Source: Candidatus Bathyarchaeota archaeon
Lineage (GTDB): Archaea; Thermoproteota; Bathyarchaeia; Bathyarchaeales; Bathycorpusculaceae
Direction of reading: 5' to 3'
Assembly: GCA_963702095.1 (NCBI GenBank)
Contig: OY969706.1
Location: 192,001 to 256,000 of the forward strand
DNA: 64,000 nt
Shown: in pieces, positions 19,820 through 29,472 of the stretch
Layout of the letters: every line of letters begins with the position of its first letter
How positions within the stretch are numbered: the first letter of the stretch is position 1
Translations under genes and position numbers: made by a program
Notes under the pieces: generated by a model
Told to the model about the DNA's origin: nothing
What the model saw: the letters and a program-made list of their open reading frames with translations, nothing else
Database searches by the model: none

Positions 19820-19887
19820 GGTAACCACTCTTTTCCACCTATGGTTACTCATAGTATAGGTAACCATTTCCCGCCAACTGTGGTTAC
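19820..19887. repeat. Tandem pair of GTAACCA-N14-TGGTTAC inverted repeats (39-bp period)
   Basis: Units at 19820-19848 and 19859-19887, just downstream of the intC stop. Confidence 0.7.
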
Positions 19888-19938
19888 TCGTCTTTGAGGA
19901 CTCCAAAGTACATCGAAACCAAACCTCTAACCCTTAGG

Positions 19939-20888
19939 CTACTCAACAGAGATATGAATCCCTTTGAGAGAAGGGGGCAGAACAGAGCTGATTGCGCCAA
20001 AAACCCTTTCACCAAGCTCCTTAAGTTTAGGGCTCCAATAGTGCCGAATGAAGATACTTATTGGTATTCTCCCACAAACCAAGTTCTGTTCTGCTTCCAA
20101 GATTCCATTACTGATTAAGTGAGTTCCGAAGAAATCTCTGAACTCATCCAACCGCATTGGTTTGTTGTTTCTTTGTAGCCTTTTACGAATGGAAGAATAA
20201 GTTAATGGTTCACTTTGGGCTATTTCCTCTATGAAATCTTGGGGTAGGAAGGTGAGGAAGGCATTCTTTGTTCCTCTGATGAACTGCTTTTGGTATTTGA
20301 AGTGCATAAGGCAAGCCCAATCGCTATTGTAATAATCTGACAGTTTACCGCTCTTGGAAAGCTCGATTATTAGGTTAAAAGATTCTATCCCTTCGCTCAC
20401 TCTTAAACCGCTAAAAAGAAGGAACTTGGCAAATAATCTTTCATTGTCTCTGAGTAGCGGTATAATCTCTTTGTAGTACTCTATGATGTTGGATTCACTA
20501 ACATTAAGCATCCTTATGAAGGCATCAAGAGCGTTTGGTCTATACAGCTTAATGCCATGCTCTTTCAGTCTGTCTTTGAACTGACTGTAGCATCCATTGA
20601 ATTTAGCTAACAGAAGTAAAGATTTCACTACACTACTTCTTACATCATTAGACAACAGCTCAAGTTCTGCAAGGTTGCTATCAGCCTCAATCAAATGGTA
20701 ATACTTCTTAGCATAGCATAGTGTTACCTTTCCATAAGAAACAGAATACTTAGCTTTTATCCACTCTTCGAATTTGGAAGTAAGTGGAAGTAAATGCATG
20801 GAAGTAAAAGTGGTCGGATTAAGACTTATTTGGTTAGAAATGGAGCCTTCGGCGGGATTTGGACCCGCGACCATTACCTTACCAAGGT
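19939..20888 (-). CDS. Integrase C-terminal catalytic fragment (intC), SSV-type tyrosine recombinase
   Basis: SGLRVSE, RGTK, EFRDFFGT, CGR, RHY; 5' end lies in the tRNA/att. Confidence 0.9.
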
Positions 20889-20917
20889 AACGCCCCACCG
20901 GGCTAGGCTACGAAGGC
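20841..20917 (-). tRNA. tRNA-Thr(GGT)
   Basis: GCCTTCG/CGAAGGC acceptor stem, anticodon arm TTACC-TTGGTAA-GGTAA, T arm, encoded CCA. Confidence 0.96.
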
Positions 20918-21072
20918 AAATTTCTGTTCTTCCCCCAAAACAAATACGATAGTAAATAAAGAGGTTACGGTGCGGGAGTCAACCTTCGACGGCAAAACCG
21001 TCTTAAAGCACGGAGTTTTGGGGCAAATAAATATTTAGGGAGGAAGAACTATCCTCATACGCGCATCTCTGT

Positions 21073-21160
21073 GCAGGGGTCTCCAAGCCAGGTCAACGGA
21101 GTAGGGCTTAGGACCCTATCGCGTAGGCGTTCGTGGGTTCGAATCCCACCCCCTGCACCA
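21073..21160 (+). tRNA. tRNA-Leu(TAG)
   Basis: GCAGGGG/CCCCTGC acceptor stem, TAGGG-CTTAGGA-CCCTA anticodon arm, long variable arm, GTTCGAATC, CCA. Confidence 0.96.
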
Positions 21161-21217
21161 TATATAAATAAACTACAGGGGGTTTGTTCTGGCGATGTTA
21201 GGTGGTTTTTTGTCATG

Positions 21218-22507
21218 TTAAAGCTTCCTTTTTCTAAAGATTTTCGCGTCTTGAAAATCGGTGACATATTCAAATCCTGCCTCTATTAGGCTGCAGACGT
21301 CTTTTTCGGTTTTAGCGACTTTTGAGATGTAGTCGGTTTCGCCTTGGAAGAGGGCTTCTTCGAGTTGGATGTAGAGCAGCGTGTTTTTGATGTTTTTATG
21401 TCCGAGGCGTTGCATTACGTAGTAGATGTCTTTGGTTTGATGGTAGAGTATGGTGCCTTTCCAGTGTCGGAAGGTGTGGAAGTGGATTTTCATCAGTCTT
21501 GGGTTGCTGAGCTTATGGGCTAATCGTTTTCTTTGTATGCAGAATAGTGTTCCGAAGTGGTCAACTGGCATGGGTGCATGTGAAAAGATTCTTTCGCCGT
21601 AGATTTTAGGTATCTGCGTAAGCATTTCCAACAGTTTGTTGCTGAGGTGTGCGACTCTTGGGTTGCTGTTTTTTTCGGCTGTGATGTTTACGACTTTGCT
21701 TTCGAAGTCTACGTCGTCCCATTTGAGTTGCCAGATTTCGCCGCATCTTGCGCCTGTTTCTTTAAGCATCTGCAGGAAGGTTGCCACGCGTTGGGTGCAT
21801 CCTGCGATGAGCTGGTCAATTTCTGTTTCTTTGGGAATGAAGGGCAGTTTTCGTATGCATTGGTATAGTGGGGCGTCCCATTTGCCGCCTACCATCTTTA
21901 GGAATGATGAGTAGGCGTCGACTGCGTTGTTTTTTCTTCCGTTACTCCAAGTTTGTTTAGCTATGACTGCTTTGATTGTTTCGGGGTCGTAGAGGTCTGC
22001 GCCTCGCTTAGTCATCACCAAGAGCAGTTTTGAGCGTCCGAGAATCGTTTGTTCGCTGTAGCCGCCTTTTTTCAGCCACCAGATGTATTCAACGATTTTT
22101 CCTTTTACGTCAATTTCGTTTCTCCGCAGAACTTCATTTGTTTGAGGTTCTGCCGCCAAGTTTTTCGTCTCCATGACGCATATTTGGCTACCCTCTAGTA
22201 TGCCCTCGAAGGTTTTTAATGACTTCGTATCAACAGTTGAAATATTTTCAATGGCTTTTTTTGCCTGCTCTAGGTCGTTTGGGTCTGAGAATCGCATGCC
22301 ACAGTCTCGGCAGATCCAGCGTTGAATCTTCTGGCCATAAAAAATTCGGCTGCCGTCGCGCCATACTTTTGGGGAGTCGCACTGTGGGCATTGGAGGCTG
22401 ACGTCGGCGGAGCCGTCTGCAGACTCCGACTTGCCTGAGTTTGAACCGACTTTAGTGCCAAATACGCAATCCGGTGGAAGTGTTGCGTTTGGTGTAAGTT
22501 CAGCCAT
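21218..22507 (-). CDS. Tyrosine integrase with N-terminal zinc ribbon
   Basis: TGARCGE, AEKN, HTFRH, LGH, Y; CPQC...CRDC N-terminal domain. Confidence 0.93.
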   Translation of the reverse strand: MAELTPNATLPPDCVFGTKVGSNSGKSESADGSADVSLQCPQCDSPKVWRDGSRIFYGQKIQRWICRDCGMRFSDPNDLEQAKKAIENISTVDTKSLKTFEGILEGSQICVMETKNLAAEPQTNEVLRRNEIDVKGKIVEYIWWLKKGGYSEQTILGRSKLLLVMTKRGADLYDPETIKAVIAKQTWSNGRKNNAVDAYSSFLKMVGGKWDAPLYQCIRKLPFIPKETEIDQLIAGCTQRVATFLQMLKETGARCGEIWQLKWDDVDFESKVVNITAEKNSNPRVAHLSNKLLEMLTQIPKIYGERIFSHAPMPVDHFGTLFCIQRKRLAHKLSNPRLMKIHFHTFRHWKGTILYHQTKDIYYVMQRLGHKNIKNTLLYIQLEEALFQGETDYISKVAKTEKDVCSLIEAGFEYVTDFQDAKIFRKRKL

Positions 22508-22522
22508 ACCCCCATCTCAGCC

Positions 22523-22795
22523 TCAAACGGAAGGTTTGTTCTGCTCTAAATCTGTGATGCACAGCAAATCACACAAACTCTTGAACGCCTGCAAAGCTTC
22601 CGCCTGCTTCTTTTGGTCAAAAATAGCCAAAATCCTGTTTCTGAGCAGTTCAAGCTCAGCCTTCAAGTCCAATTCCTCAATTAACTGCAACCTTTGCTCG
22701 TGGTCGTTTAGCACAGTGTTGATTTTGTTTAGGATGGCGCCGATGTCAGCGATGATTTCCTGAACGGTTACTTTTTTGGCTTTCAACAGTTTCAC
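22523..22795 (-). CDS. Small coiled-coil protein upstream of the integrase
   Basis: GTG start; helical heptads; 15 bp from the int start. Confidence 0.55.
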   Translation of the reverse strand: MKLLKAKKVTVQEIIADIGAILNKINTVLNDHEQRLQLIEELDLKAELELLRNRILAIFDQKKQAEALQAFKSLCDLLCITDLEQNKPSV

Positions 22796-22977
22796 CTTAA
22801 GCCTACATGGAAAGCTGAGGCTAAGAAAATTCTGCCGCCGCGAAGGAAACTCCCTCAAGCGCTCGCCAAGGAGTTTCCTTGGTGGGCTCACGAAGGAAAC
22901 TAATCAAAAATATCAATTATGCGCTCTTGAGAGATATCTTTTGGCATAAAAAAGCGAAATTTTGATGAAGCTACTCT

Positions 22978-23583
22978 TTATTTGTTTGGCGAGCAGGCCT
23001 GAATTAGATCAGATAGAATAATTATAGCGTCTTTATCCGTTATTTGGTTTAGCACTTCTTCAGGGCTTTTTTTGCTCATAAAAGTAGCGAGCAGAGCCTT
23101 GGGGAGCAACTCATAAAGGGCTGCTTTTACCGCTGGTTGAGCGGTTTGTATTGGCGAAACATAGCCCTCTTTTTCTAAGCAGTGAATTCTTTTATTTATA
23201 CTTGCATAATATGTGCCATGAAGGCCTTTTTGCTTGCTTAGCTGCTTTTGCAGTTCAAGTATAGTTTTTGGTCCTTCCATAGCAAGTATAGTAAATATTG
23301 CGCGGTTTAGATTTGCTTCTCTGCCCTTGAAGACAGAAAGCTTAGAGCCGCTATCGTTGGCCTCTACTTTTTTGCGTCGACTATTCTTATCTGGGCAAAA
23401 ATGGCTCGAAGAATGGATTGCAGCTATGAAAAACAATTGTGAAAAGCAGGTCGAGGGAGCATGTCCGAATATTAATTCAGAAATGCCTCCTTGGTGGTCA
23501 GCGTCCCCAGTAAAAAATGGATAAAATATCGAACAGGTAACCACTAGAGCTACCGCTAAGGCAATAATGTCCCTGCTTCGCAT
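22978..23583 (-). CDS. Winged-HTH protein (true start probably downstream, near LSVFKGRE)
   Basis: NRAIFTILAMEGPKT...INKRIHCLEKEGYV wHTH pattern. Confidence 0.65.
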   Translation of the reverse strand: MRSRDIIALAVALVVTCSIFYPFFTGDADHQGGISELIFGHAPSTCFSQLFFIAAIHSSSHFCPDKNSRRKKVEANDSGSKLSVFKGREANLNRAIFTILAMEGPKTILELQKQLSKQKGLHGTYYASINKRIHCLEKEGYVSPIQTAQPAVKAALYELLPKALLATFMSKKSPEEVLNQITDKDAIIILSDLIQACSPNK

Positions 23584-23748
23584 AAAACTTGAGCAAACGA
23601 TTGCTAAATAAAAGATTACTGGAAAAAGCGACTAACGAAAGTCAAGTTCAACAAAAATACAGAAGGCTTGTTAGAAAAATAAAAAAATGAGGAATTGTTG
23701 TCCTGCACTAGCATTGTAACCAGTTTATCTGTTGTCATTTTAGTCCTC

Positions 23749-24510
23749 TCAACTGACCACTTTCCTGAATAGGTACAAAGTAGCGCCGAAAGTCACAATC
23801 GCAATCACTCCGATTACAGCGTAAGCAGAAGCAAATGTACTCCAAGTCAACCCGCCCTCGATTAAGCCCCTTGCTACGTTTGCGACATAACTCAATGGGT
23901 TGTAGTCAGCAACGGTTTGCGCCCAAAGAGGCATGATTGATGTGGGAAAGAGACCGCTGCTAATAAACAGAAGTGGTAAGGCTATAATATTGGCCAATGC
24001 TGACAGAGTTTCTGCGTTCTTTGTCTTCAAGCCCAAGGCAAGTGAAAGCCCAAACCAAGCAAGTCCAAAGAAGGCAAAAGTCACGAAAATGAGTAAGAGT
24101 CCACCGACCCCGGTTGCGATTCTAAGACCCAGCAGCATTGCCACTCCAAGTATTATGGCTGACTGTGCCATGAGCACGAGTATGTCACTCATCAAACGAC
24201 CAAGCAAAATTGCCGATCTGCTAACAGGAGTTAAAAGCACTTTCTGAAGAAACCCCGAGTTAAGATCACTCACAATCGACTGGCCCGTTGGCAAACCAAT
24301 TACTAAATTCAACACCAATATCCCAGGCGTAAGATAAGCAAGGTAACTCCCAGTCGGTCCTAGAAAAACGCCGAGTACTTGAAGTAACTGCGAAAAAAGT
24401 AGCAGAAACAGCAATGGCGTGAAGAGGTGGACAAACAGTAGAGTAGGGTTTCTCCGTAGTTTTATTAAAGCTCTTTGGAACAAAGATTGAATGTCATAAA
24501 ATAGGGTCAT
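23749..24510 (-). CDS. ABC-2 type exporter permease
   Basis: Six TM segments, YLTPGIL, LLTPVSRSAILLGR, NPLSY. Confidence 0.92.
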   Translation of the reverse strand: MTLFYDIQSLFQRALIKLRRNPTLLFVHLFTPLLFLLLFSQLLQVLGVFLGPTGSYLAYLTPGILVLNLVIGLPTGQSIVSDLNSGFLQKVLLTPVSRSAILLGRLMSDILVLMAQSAIILGVAMLLGLRIATGVGGLLLIFVTFAFFGLAWFGLSLALGLKTKNAETLSALANIIALPLLFISSGLFPTSIMPLWAQTVADYNPLSYVANVARGLIEGGLTWSTFASAYAVIGVIAIVTFGATLYLFRKVVS

Positions 24511-24523
24511 TTCTACGTTTACC

Positions 24524-25525
24524 TCACATTAAGATTTGTTCGTTGGGTTTTCTGCCGAGTTCTTCGGGTCTTATTCTTCTGCCTGTATGGTGCAGGAAAA
24601 CATCGTCAAGTGTTGGAGAGGACATATTCAAAGAAGTCGGGCGAATGTTGTTGCGATCCAATGACGTAACTACCTCAGCTATTATTTCGTCTGCATTCTT
24701 AGCATGAGCAGCAATACCGCCGTCTGAATCAGTAACATCCACTACCCCCGGAATTTCTTGCAAAATCCTTTTCGTTTCAGATCTCAACAAGGAATCTTTT
24801 GGATCCTTAAGTGAAAGAGTTATGGTGTCATGTCCGATTGCTTGTTTGAGTTCTGCGGGCGAACCACCAGCAACAATCTTCCCATGGTCAATTATTGAGA
24901 GTCGCCGGCAGAGTTTGTCTGCCTCCTCCAAGTACTGAGTCGTCAAAAATATTGTAATGCCTTCTTCCCGGTTTAGCTCATCCAGGTAGTCCCAAATTGA
25001 CGCACGAGCTTGGGGATCAAGCCCAGTCGTCGGCTCATCGAGAAAAAGTAATTTAGGCTTATGAATTAGGGCAGAGGCGAGGTCAAGCCGTTTTTTCATG
25101 CCGCCTGAATATCGGCCAGCAGGTTTGTTTGCGAATTCTTCAAGCTGCACAGTTTTTAGTAACTCGTCGACTCGTTTCTCTAAGGCGCTACCATGCATTT
25201 GTTGGAGACGACCTTGGAGATGGAGATTTTCTTTGCCTGTTAGGTCAGCGTCTATTATGGTTTCTTGTGTGAGGACTCCGATGACTTTTCGGATTTCCTT
25301 TGGTGATTTTTCTAAATCGTAACCAGCTACTTGCACGTGCCCTGACGTCTTTTTGAGGAGCGTGGTGAGGATTTTAATTGTGGTGCTTTTTCCTGCGCCG
25401 TTTGGTCCCAGAAACCCGAAAAACTCGCCCTCTTTCACATTAAAAGAGATTCCCTCAAGTGCTCTTGTGCTGTCGGCGTAGACCTCTACTAGGTTTTCGA
25501 CCGAAATAATATTTGATGGGTCCAT
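24524..25525 (-). CDS. ABC exporter ATP-binding protein (DrrA-like)
   Basis: GPNGAGKST, YSGGM, LFLDEPT, PTLDDVFL. Confidence 0.95.
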   Translation of the reverse strand: MDPSNIISVENLVEVYADSTRALEGISFNVKEGEFFGFLGPNGAGKSTTIKILTTLLKKTSGHVQVAGYDLEKSPKEIRKVIGVLTQETIIDADLTGKENLHLQGRLQQMHGSALEKRVDELLKTVQLEEFANKPAGRYSGGMKKRLDLASALIHKPKLLFLDEPTTGLDPQARASIWDYLDELNREEGITIFLTTQYLEEADKLCRRLSIIDHGKIVAGGSPAELKQAIGHDTITLSLKDPKDSLLRSETKRILQEIPGVVDVTDSDGGIAAHAKNADEIIAEVVTSLDRNNIRPTSLNMSSPTLDDVFLHHTGRRIRPEELGRKPNEQILM

Positions 25526-25568
25526 TATTGTTCACTTCATGTAATTTTCTGATACATAGTCGCGGTTT

Positions 25569-25597
25569 CGGATTAAGTTTGTAGCGAATATACTCGC
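25569..25597 (-). promoter_or_regulatory. Operator plus promoter of the ABC operon
   Basis: Palindrome GCGAATATACTCGC next to TACAAACTTAA; near-identical block at 27349-27377. Confidence 0.7.
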
Positions 25598-25809
25598 TTT
25601 TTCATAAAATATAGGGTAACGCGCCAATCTCTATCTATGCCAGACTAGTTTTAGAGTTGTCGATAAAAAACCAAATTAAAAAAACTAAAAGACGCTGAAT
25701 AAAATATTACTTGAAAAAGTTTCTAAAGCAAATTTTGTTCGATAAAAAAGCATGTTGCGAAAAAGAAAAGAAAATATTGGAAATTTAAAGAGCGGAACGG
25801 GCTTCCATT

Positions 25810-27309
25810 CTAAGGTACAGTCTTCTTTTCAAGGGTTCTCGACACATCCTGTTTCGGTTTCTTGAAAACATCGTTCTTGATTGCCAGACTCAACGCGATG
25901 ATTAAAACGGCTAATACGATGCCTATTCCGAAGATAACGTTGAACGCTGTTGCTGAGGGCAGAGTTGCGACAATAACGCTTTTTCCACCTACGACTTTCG
26001 TTACTGCGACGGTGAATGAAGCCAAGATTGACGTTGTAAGAACTGGCCCGACTGCAGACCCAATATTCTTGAGAGTTTGGTTGAATCCTTGACCAACAGA
26101 GATGCTTTCTTTGGGCAGAGATAGGGATATCATGTTGGAGATAGGTACCAGCAGAGTGACAAGTCCTATAAAACCGAAAATTATGTTTACTGTGACGTCT
26201 ATGGCGGTTCCTCGGTTGACTATGAACAGCAAAAAGCTTACGATTTCGACGCCTGCACCCGCAGCGAGTGTTGGCTTGGGTCCAAATCTAGTCACCAACT
26301 TTCCAACAAGCGGCCCCATTATAAGCATGGCTATTGTGCCTGGCGCTATTGTTAGTCCAGTGTGGATGACATCAAGACCCAGTCCATAAGGTGCAGGCAC
26401 TTCAAGGTACTCTATGGCGACAAAGAAGAGTAGAAAGTTCGTGATGCCTGATATGAGAATAACTAAATTAGCGATAAGAACATTTCTTATTTTTAGAAGA
26501 TCAAGCCGAATTAACGGTTCAGGCACTACAGTTTCTGCGTAGAAGAATAAAATTATCAATGAAAGCCCAGGAATTAGGAATGCTAATGCTTCAAGTGAAA
26601 ACCAGCCTAGCGCTGGTCCTTCCGTTGTGTATATCAACACAAGTGCTATTCCTAGTGAAAGCAGTAGGGCACCGACGTAGTCTATTTTGCACTTTCTATA
26701 GGAGACGTCTCGTTTTATGACCGCTATGACAGCGACAAAAACTATCACGCTTAATATCGCCGCAATGTGGAAAGCAGCACGCCAACCTAAGTCTTGAATA
26801 ACGTATGATCCAAGCACTAAGCCCAGCGAAGTGCTGATGGCTGCTGAGCCCACAATGACGCCCATTGCACTAGCTAATCGTTCTTTGGGAAATATATCTG
26901 TCAAAAACGCTAGTGACAGTGGAATCATGGCTAAGCCTACACCTTGGATGGCTCGGGCAAATATTAGGAAGTAAATACTGGTTGAGAAACCCGCGATGCC
27001 GACGCCCACGGTGTAGAACCCTAGAGCTACAAGCATCATTTTTTTCTTTCCATAGAGATCACCTAGTTTGCCGAAAATTGATGAAACCACGGCGCCAACT
27101 AGGAGAACTATGGCTGTGATCCAAGACCCAATGGTTGTTGTTGTAGACAATTCATTCACAATTGTCGGGATGCCTGGAAGAACCATGGTTTCCACATAAC
27201 TGATAAGTAGAAGAGATGCAGTTAAGATTACAAGTGCCCGAATGGGGTATTTGTCGGCTTTTGTCCTACCTGTTGGTAACGAATTATCTTTTGGGTTTAA
27301 GGCTGTCAT
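25810..27309 (-). CDS. MFS drug-efflux transporter (DHA2-like, about 14 TM)
   Basis: GKLGDLYGKK motif A, ARAIQGVG, GWRAAF, EPLIRLDLL. Confidence 0.92.
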   Translation of the reverse strand: MTALNPKDNSLPTGRTKADKYPIRALVILTASLLLISYVETMVLPGIPTIVNELSTTTTIGSWITAIVLLVGAVVSSIFGKLGDLYGKKKMMLVALGFYTVGVGIAGFSTSIYFLIFARAIQGVGLAMIPLSLAFLTDIFPKERLASAMGVIVGSAAISTSLGLVLGSYVIQDLGWRAAFHIAAILSVIVFVAVIAVIKRDVSYRKCKIDYVGALLLSLGIALVLIYTTEGPALGWFSLEALAFLIPGLSLIILFFYAETVVPEPLIRLDLLKIRNVLIANLVILISGITNFLLFFVAIEYLEVPAPYGLGLDVIHTGLTIAPGTIAMLIMGPLVGKLVTRFGPKPTLAAGAGVEIVSFLLFIVNRGTAIDVTVNIIFGFIGLVTLLVPISNMISLSLPKESISVGQGFNQTLKNIGSAVGPVLTTSILASFTVAVTKVVGGKSVIVATLPSATAFNVIFGIGIVLAVLIIALSLAIKNDVFKKPKQDVSRTLEKKTVP

Positions 27310-27348
27310 GTTTTTTCGCTTCTTTTTTCTCTATCATGCCAAGACATG

Positions 27349-27381
27349 CGGATTAAGCTTGTAGCGAGCATATTCGTTGCA
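27349..27381 (-). promoter_or_regulatory. Operator plus promoter between the MFS gene and its divergent regulator
   Basis: TGTAGCGAGCATATTCGTTGCA dyad next to TACAAGCTTAA. Confidence 0.7.
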
Positions 27382-27416
27382 ACATTTATTTATTGAATAG
27401 CTGTAATGTAAATCAC

Positions 27417-28148
27417 ATGCGCAGACTAGTTGTAGAGTGGTCAATCAACGAAGCAATTAAACAAATTAAGGATAGAGAAATCGAGAAACTCAAAAAGTCC
27501 GGAGAGCAGGACGGTTCTGAATTAGTCAAAAAAGCTGGATTGACTGAATTAGACAGGCTTGAGACAATTAAAAAAATCAAATCATTTGAGGTGCTTCACA
27601 TTTTAAGATTTGATTCCTCTGAAACGGCAGCAATATTCAGATTAGAGCCCAAGGATAACTCTTTGAAAGTTGAAGAACTCTTAAAATCACTCCTTCAAAA
27701 CCTCAACGTCGAATATCAGCTTTTAGAACAGGATAGAGGCTCTTGCATCTATTTCATCAAGGGAAAAACGTTTCAGCCAAATTCAGGAACACCCAGCAGA
27801 ACAGGGATGTACCCCCTGTTGCCGGTTGCTGTCAGGGATGGAAAAGTCAGAGTCACCCTTGTCGGAGATAATGATAAGGTTAAAGAATTCCTTGAAAACG
27901 GACCCATCAATTACAAAGTGCTGTCGTTGACAGACGCTAAATTCGCCCTTGATTCGCCGATTAGCTGCTTGACTGAAAAGCAACAAGAGGCTATTTCTTT
28001 AGCATTTAGGCTTGGCTACTTTGATACGCCCCGAAAAATAAGCGCAGACGAACTTGCAGCTAAGCTTGGTCTTGCGAGTTCCACCTTAGCCGTTCATTTA
28101 AGAAGAGCAGAACGTCGCTTACTCGCTGATCTGTTAAACGAACAATAG
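27417..28148 (+). CDS. HTH_10 (Bat-like) transcriptional regulator
   Basis: LTEKQ..A..LGYFDTPRKIS..ELA..LG..STL..HLRRAE. Confidence 0.9.
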   Translation: MRRLVVEWSINEAIKQIKDREIEKLKKSGEQDGSELVKKAGLTELDRLETIKKIKSFEVLHILRFDSSETAAIFRLEPKDNSLKVEELLKSLLQNLNVEYQLLEQDRGSCIYFIKGKTFQPNSGTPSRTGMYPLLPVAVRDGKVRVTLVGDNDKVKEFLENGPINYKVLSLTDAKFALDSPISCLTEKQQEAISLAFRLGYFDTPRKISADELAAKLGLASSTLAVHLRRAERRLLADLLNEQ

Positions 28149-28236
28149 TTAAGCTTATTGAGGGCAATAACGCGCGCATTAATTTAAGCAGCAGAAATTA
28201 ACTGTGATTTGCATGGCACGAAACAGGACACGGATA

Positions 28237-29472
28237 ATGAGCAACGATTTAGCTCAGCACATACTGTTAATCCTTCGCAAAGAAGGCGCTCAAACCCTGC
28301 TGCAACTCCAAGAAAAAACTGCCGTGCAAACCTCAGGTTTCCAAAACCAGACAGGAGGACGGCGTGCACGTTCCGAAACGTTGAGTGTAGCTGCAACGTG
28401 CGATGACCTGGCGAGCCGAAAATGGATAAAACTTGCCGATAATGCTACGTACGAGTTAACGGCTGAAGGCAGGGTGCAAGCGGAAGAAATCGCCAATGAC
28501 ATGGAAAGTTTGGTCCACAGGATTGAAAACCAGATTTTAAATCCCTCTGCTGCTGCAAGGAACGCGACCGGCGGTTACTTTGTGTTAGCTATACTGAAAA
28601 TGTTGGCTGGGTTTTTTAGTGGTAGCGTCGGTTTGATCGCTGATGGCGCAGACACAACAGTCGATACAGCATCTTCAGCAATTGTTTGGGCAGGCATAAA
28701 ACTTAAAAAAGAAATCCTTGGCACGATAATCATACTTGGGTTAATGTTTCTAACAGCGGCTATTCTGTTCTATGATTCAGCAAGTTCTATAATAAAGAAT
28801 GTACACGGCATATTTCCTCCAATATCGATGCCCATAATGGTAATTGTCGTTGAGCTCATAGCTATGCTATCGATGTTTGTTCTTTCGCTTTATCAGCGAG
28901 TTGTAGGAAACAGAAACCAGAGCCTCGCGTTAATATCTCAATCTATCGACTCCAAAAACAGCGTATATTCCTCGGCAGCTGTTATTGTGGGCGTAATCTT
29001 CTCTATATTTGGCATATATTGGGTAGATGCGATAGTTGGAGCATTCATAGCTGTTAGAATCAGCATTGATGGAATAAGTTTAACCCGAGAAGTTGACAAA
29101 TCGATGAGTGGGCAACAGCCCGAGTTTTCCAAGTTCAAGTTGCCAATCGAAAAACGACTTGAACAGGCCCGCTTGGATAACTTCCGAAACTGGATATTGT
29201 ACTCCATTTACAAAGACAAATTAAGCACTAAGCAGGAGCTTGTGTGTTCGCTGGAGAAAACGTTCCGACCCAGCTATATGCCAGCAGTTTTCAATGAATT
29301 TAGGATTGGTACGGGCGTTGACTTCGAAGATAACTTTTCTGACCTTATCAAGCCCTTAATCGAGGCGGCATACATTATCGAAACAAACGGCGTTTACTCG
29401 TTGACAAGTAAAGGTAAAACTTTCATTAAAGATACGGTGGATACTCTGAGGTATAAAGAAACCGAACTCTAA
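28237..29472 (+). CDS. Cation diffusion facilitator-like transporter flanked by wHTH-like domains
   Basis: SGSVGLIADGAD, SLALISQS, WVDAIVG; YELTAEG and YSLTSKG wHTH ends. Confidence 0.75.
   Translation: MSNDLAQHILLILRKEGAQTLLQLQEKTAVQTSGFQNQTGGRRARSETLSVAATCDDLASRKWIKLADNATYELTAEGRVQAEEIANDMESLVHRIENQILNPSAAARNATGGYFVLAILKMLAGFFSGSVGLIADGADTTVDTASSAIVWAGIKLKKEILGTIIILGLMFLTAAILFYDSASSIIKNVHGIFPPISMPIMVIVVELIAMLSMFVLSLYQRVVGNRNQSLALISQSIDSKNSVYSSAAVIVGVIFSIFGIYWVDAIVGAFIAVRISIDGISLTREVDKSMSGQQPEFSKFKLPIEKRLEQARLDNFRNWILYSIYKDKLSTKQELVCSLEKTFRPSYMPAVFNEFRIGTGVDFEDNFSDLIKPLIEAAYIIETNGVYSLTSKGKTFIKDTVDTLRYKETEL

Larger units (their letters stand above)
14127..20888 (-). mobile_element. 6.76-kb plasmid-like element integrated in tRNA-Thr(GGT) with split SSV-type integrase
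   Basis: Identical 48-bp direct repeats 14127-14174 and 20841-20888 (3' part of the tRNA); intN and intC at opposite ends; RHH regulators and DUF3987 gene inside. Confidence 0.93.

Noticed and set aside
21055-21289. ORFs 21055-21273 and 21071-21289
   Set aside because: Translations across tRNA-Leu; spurious
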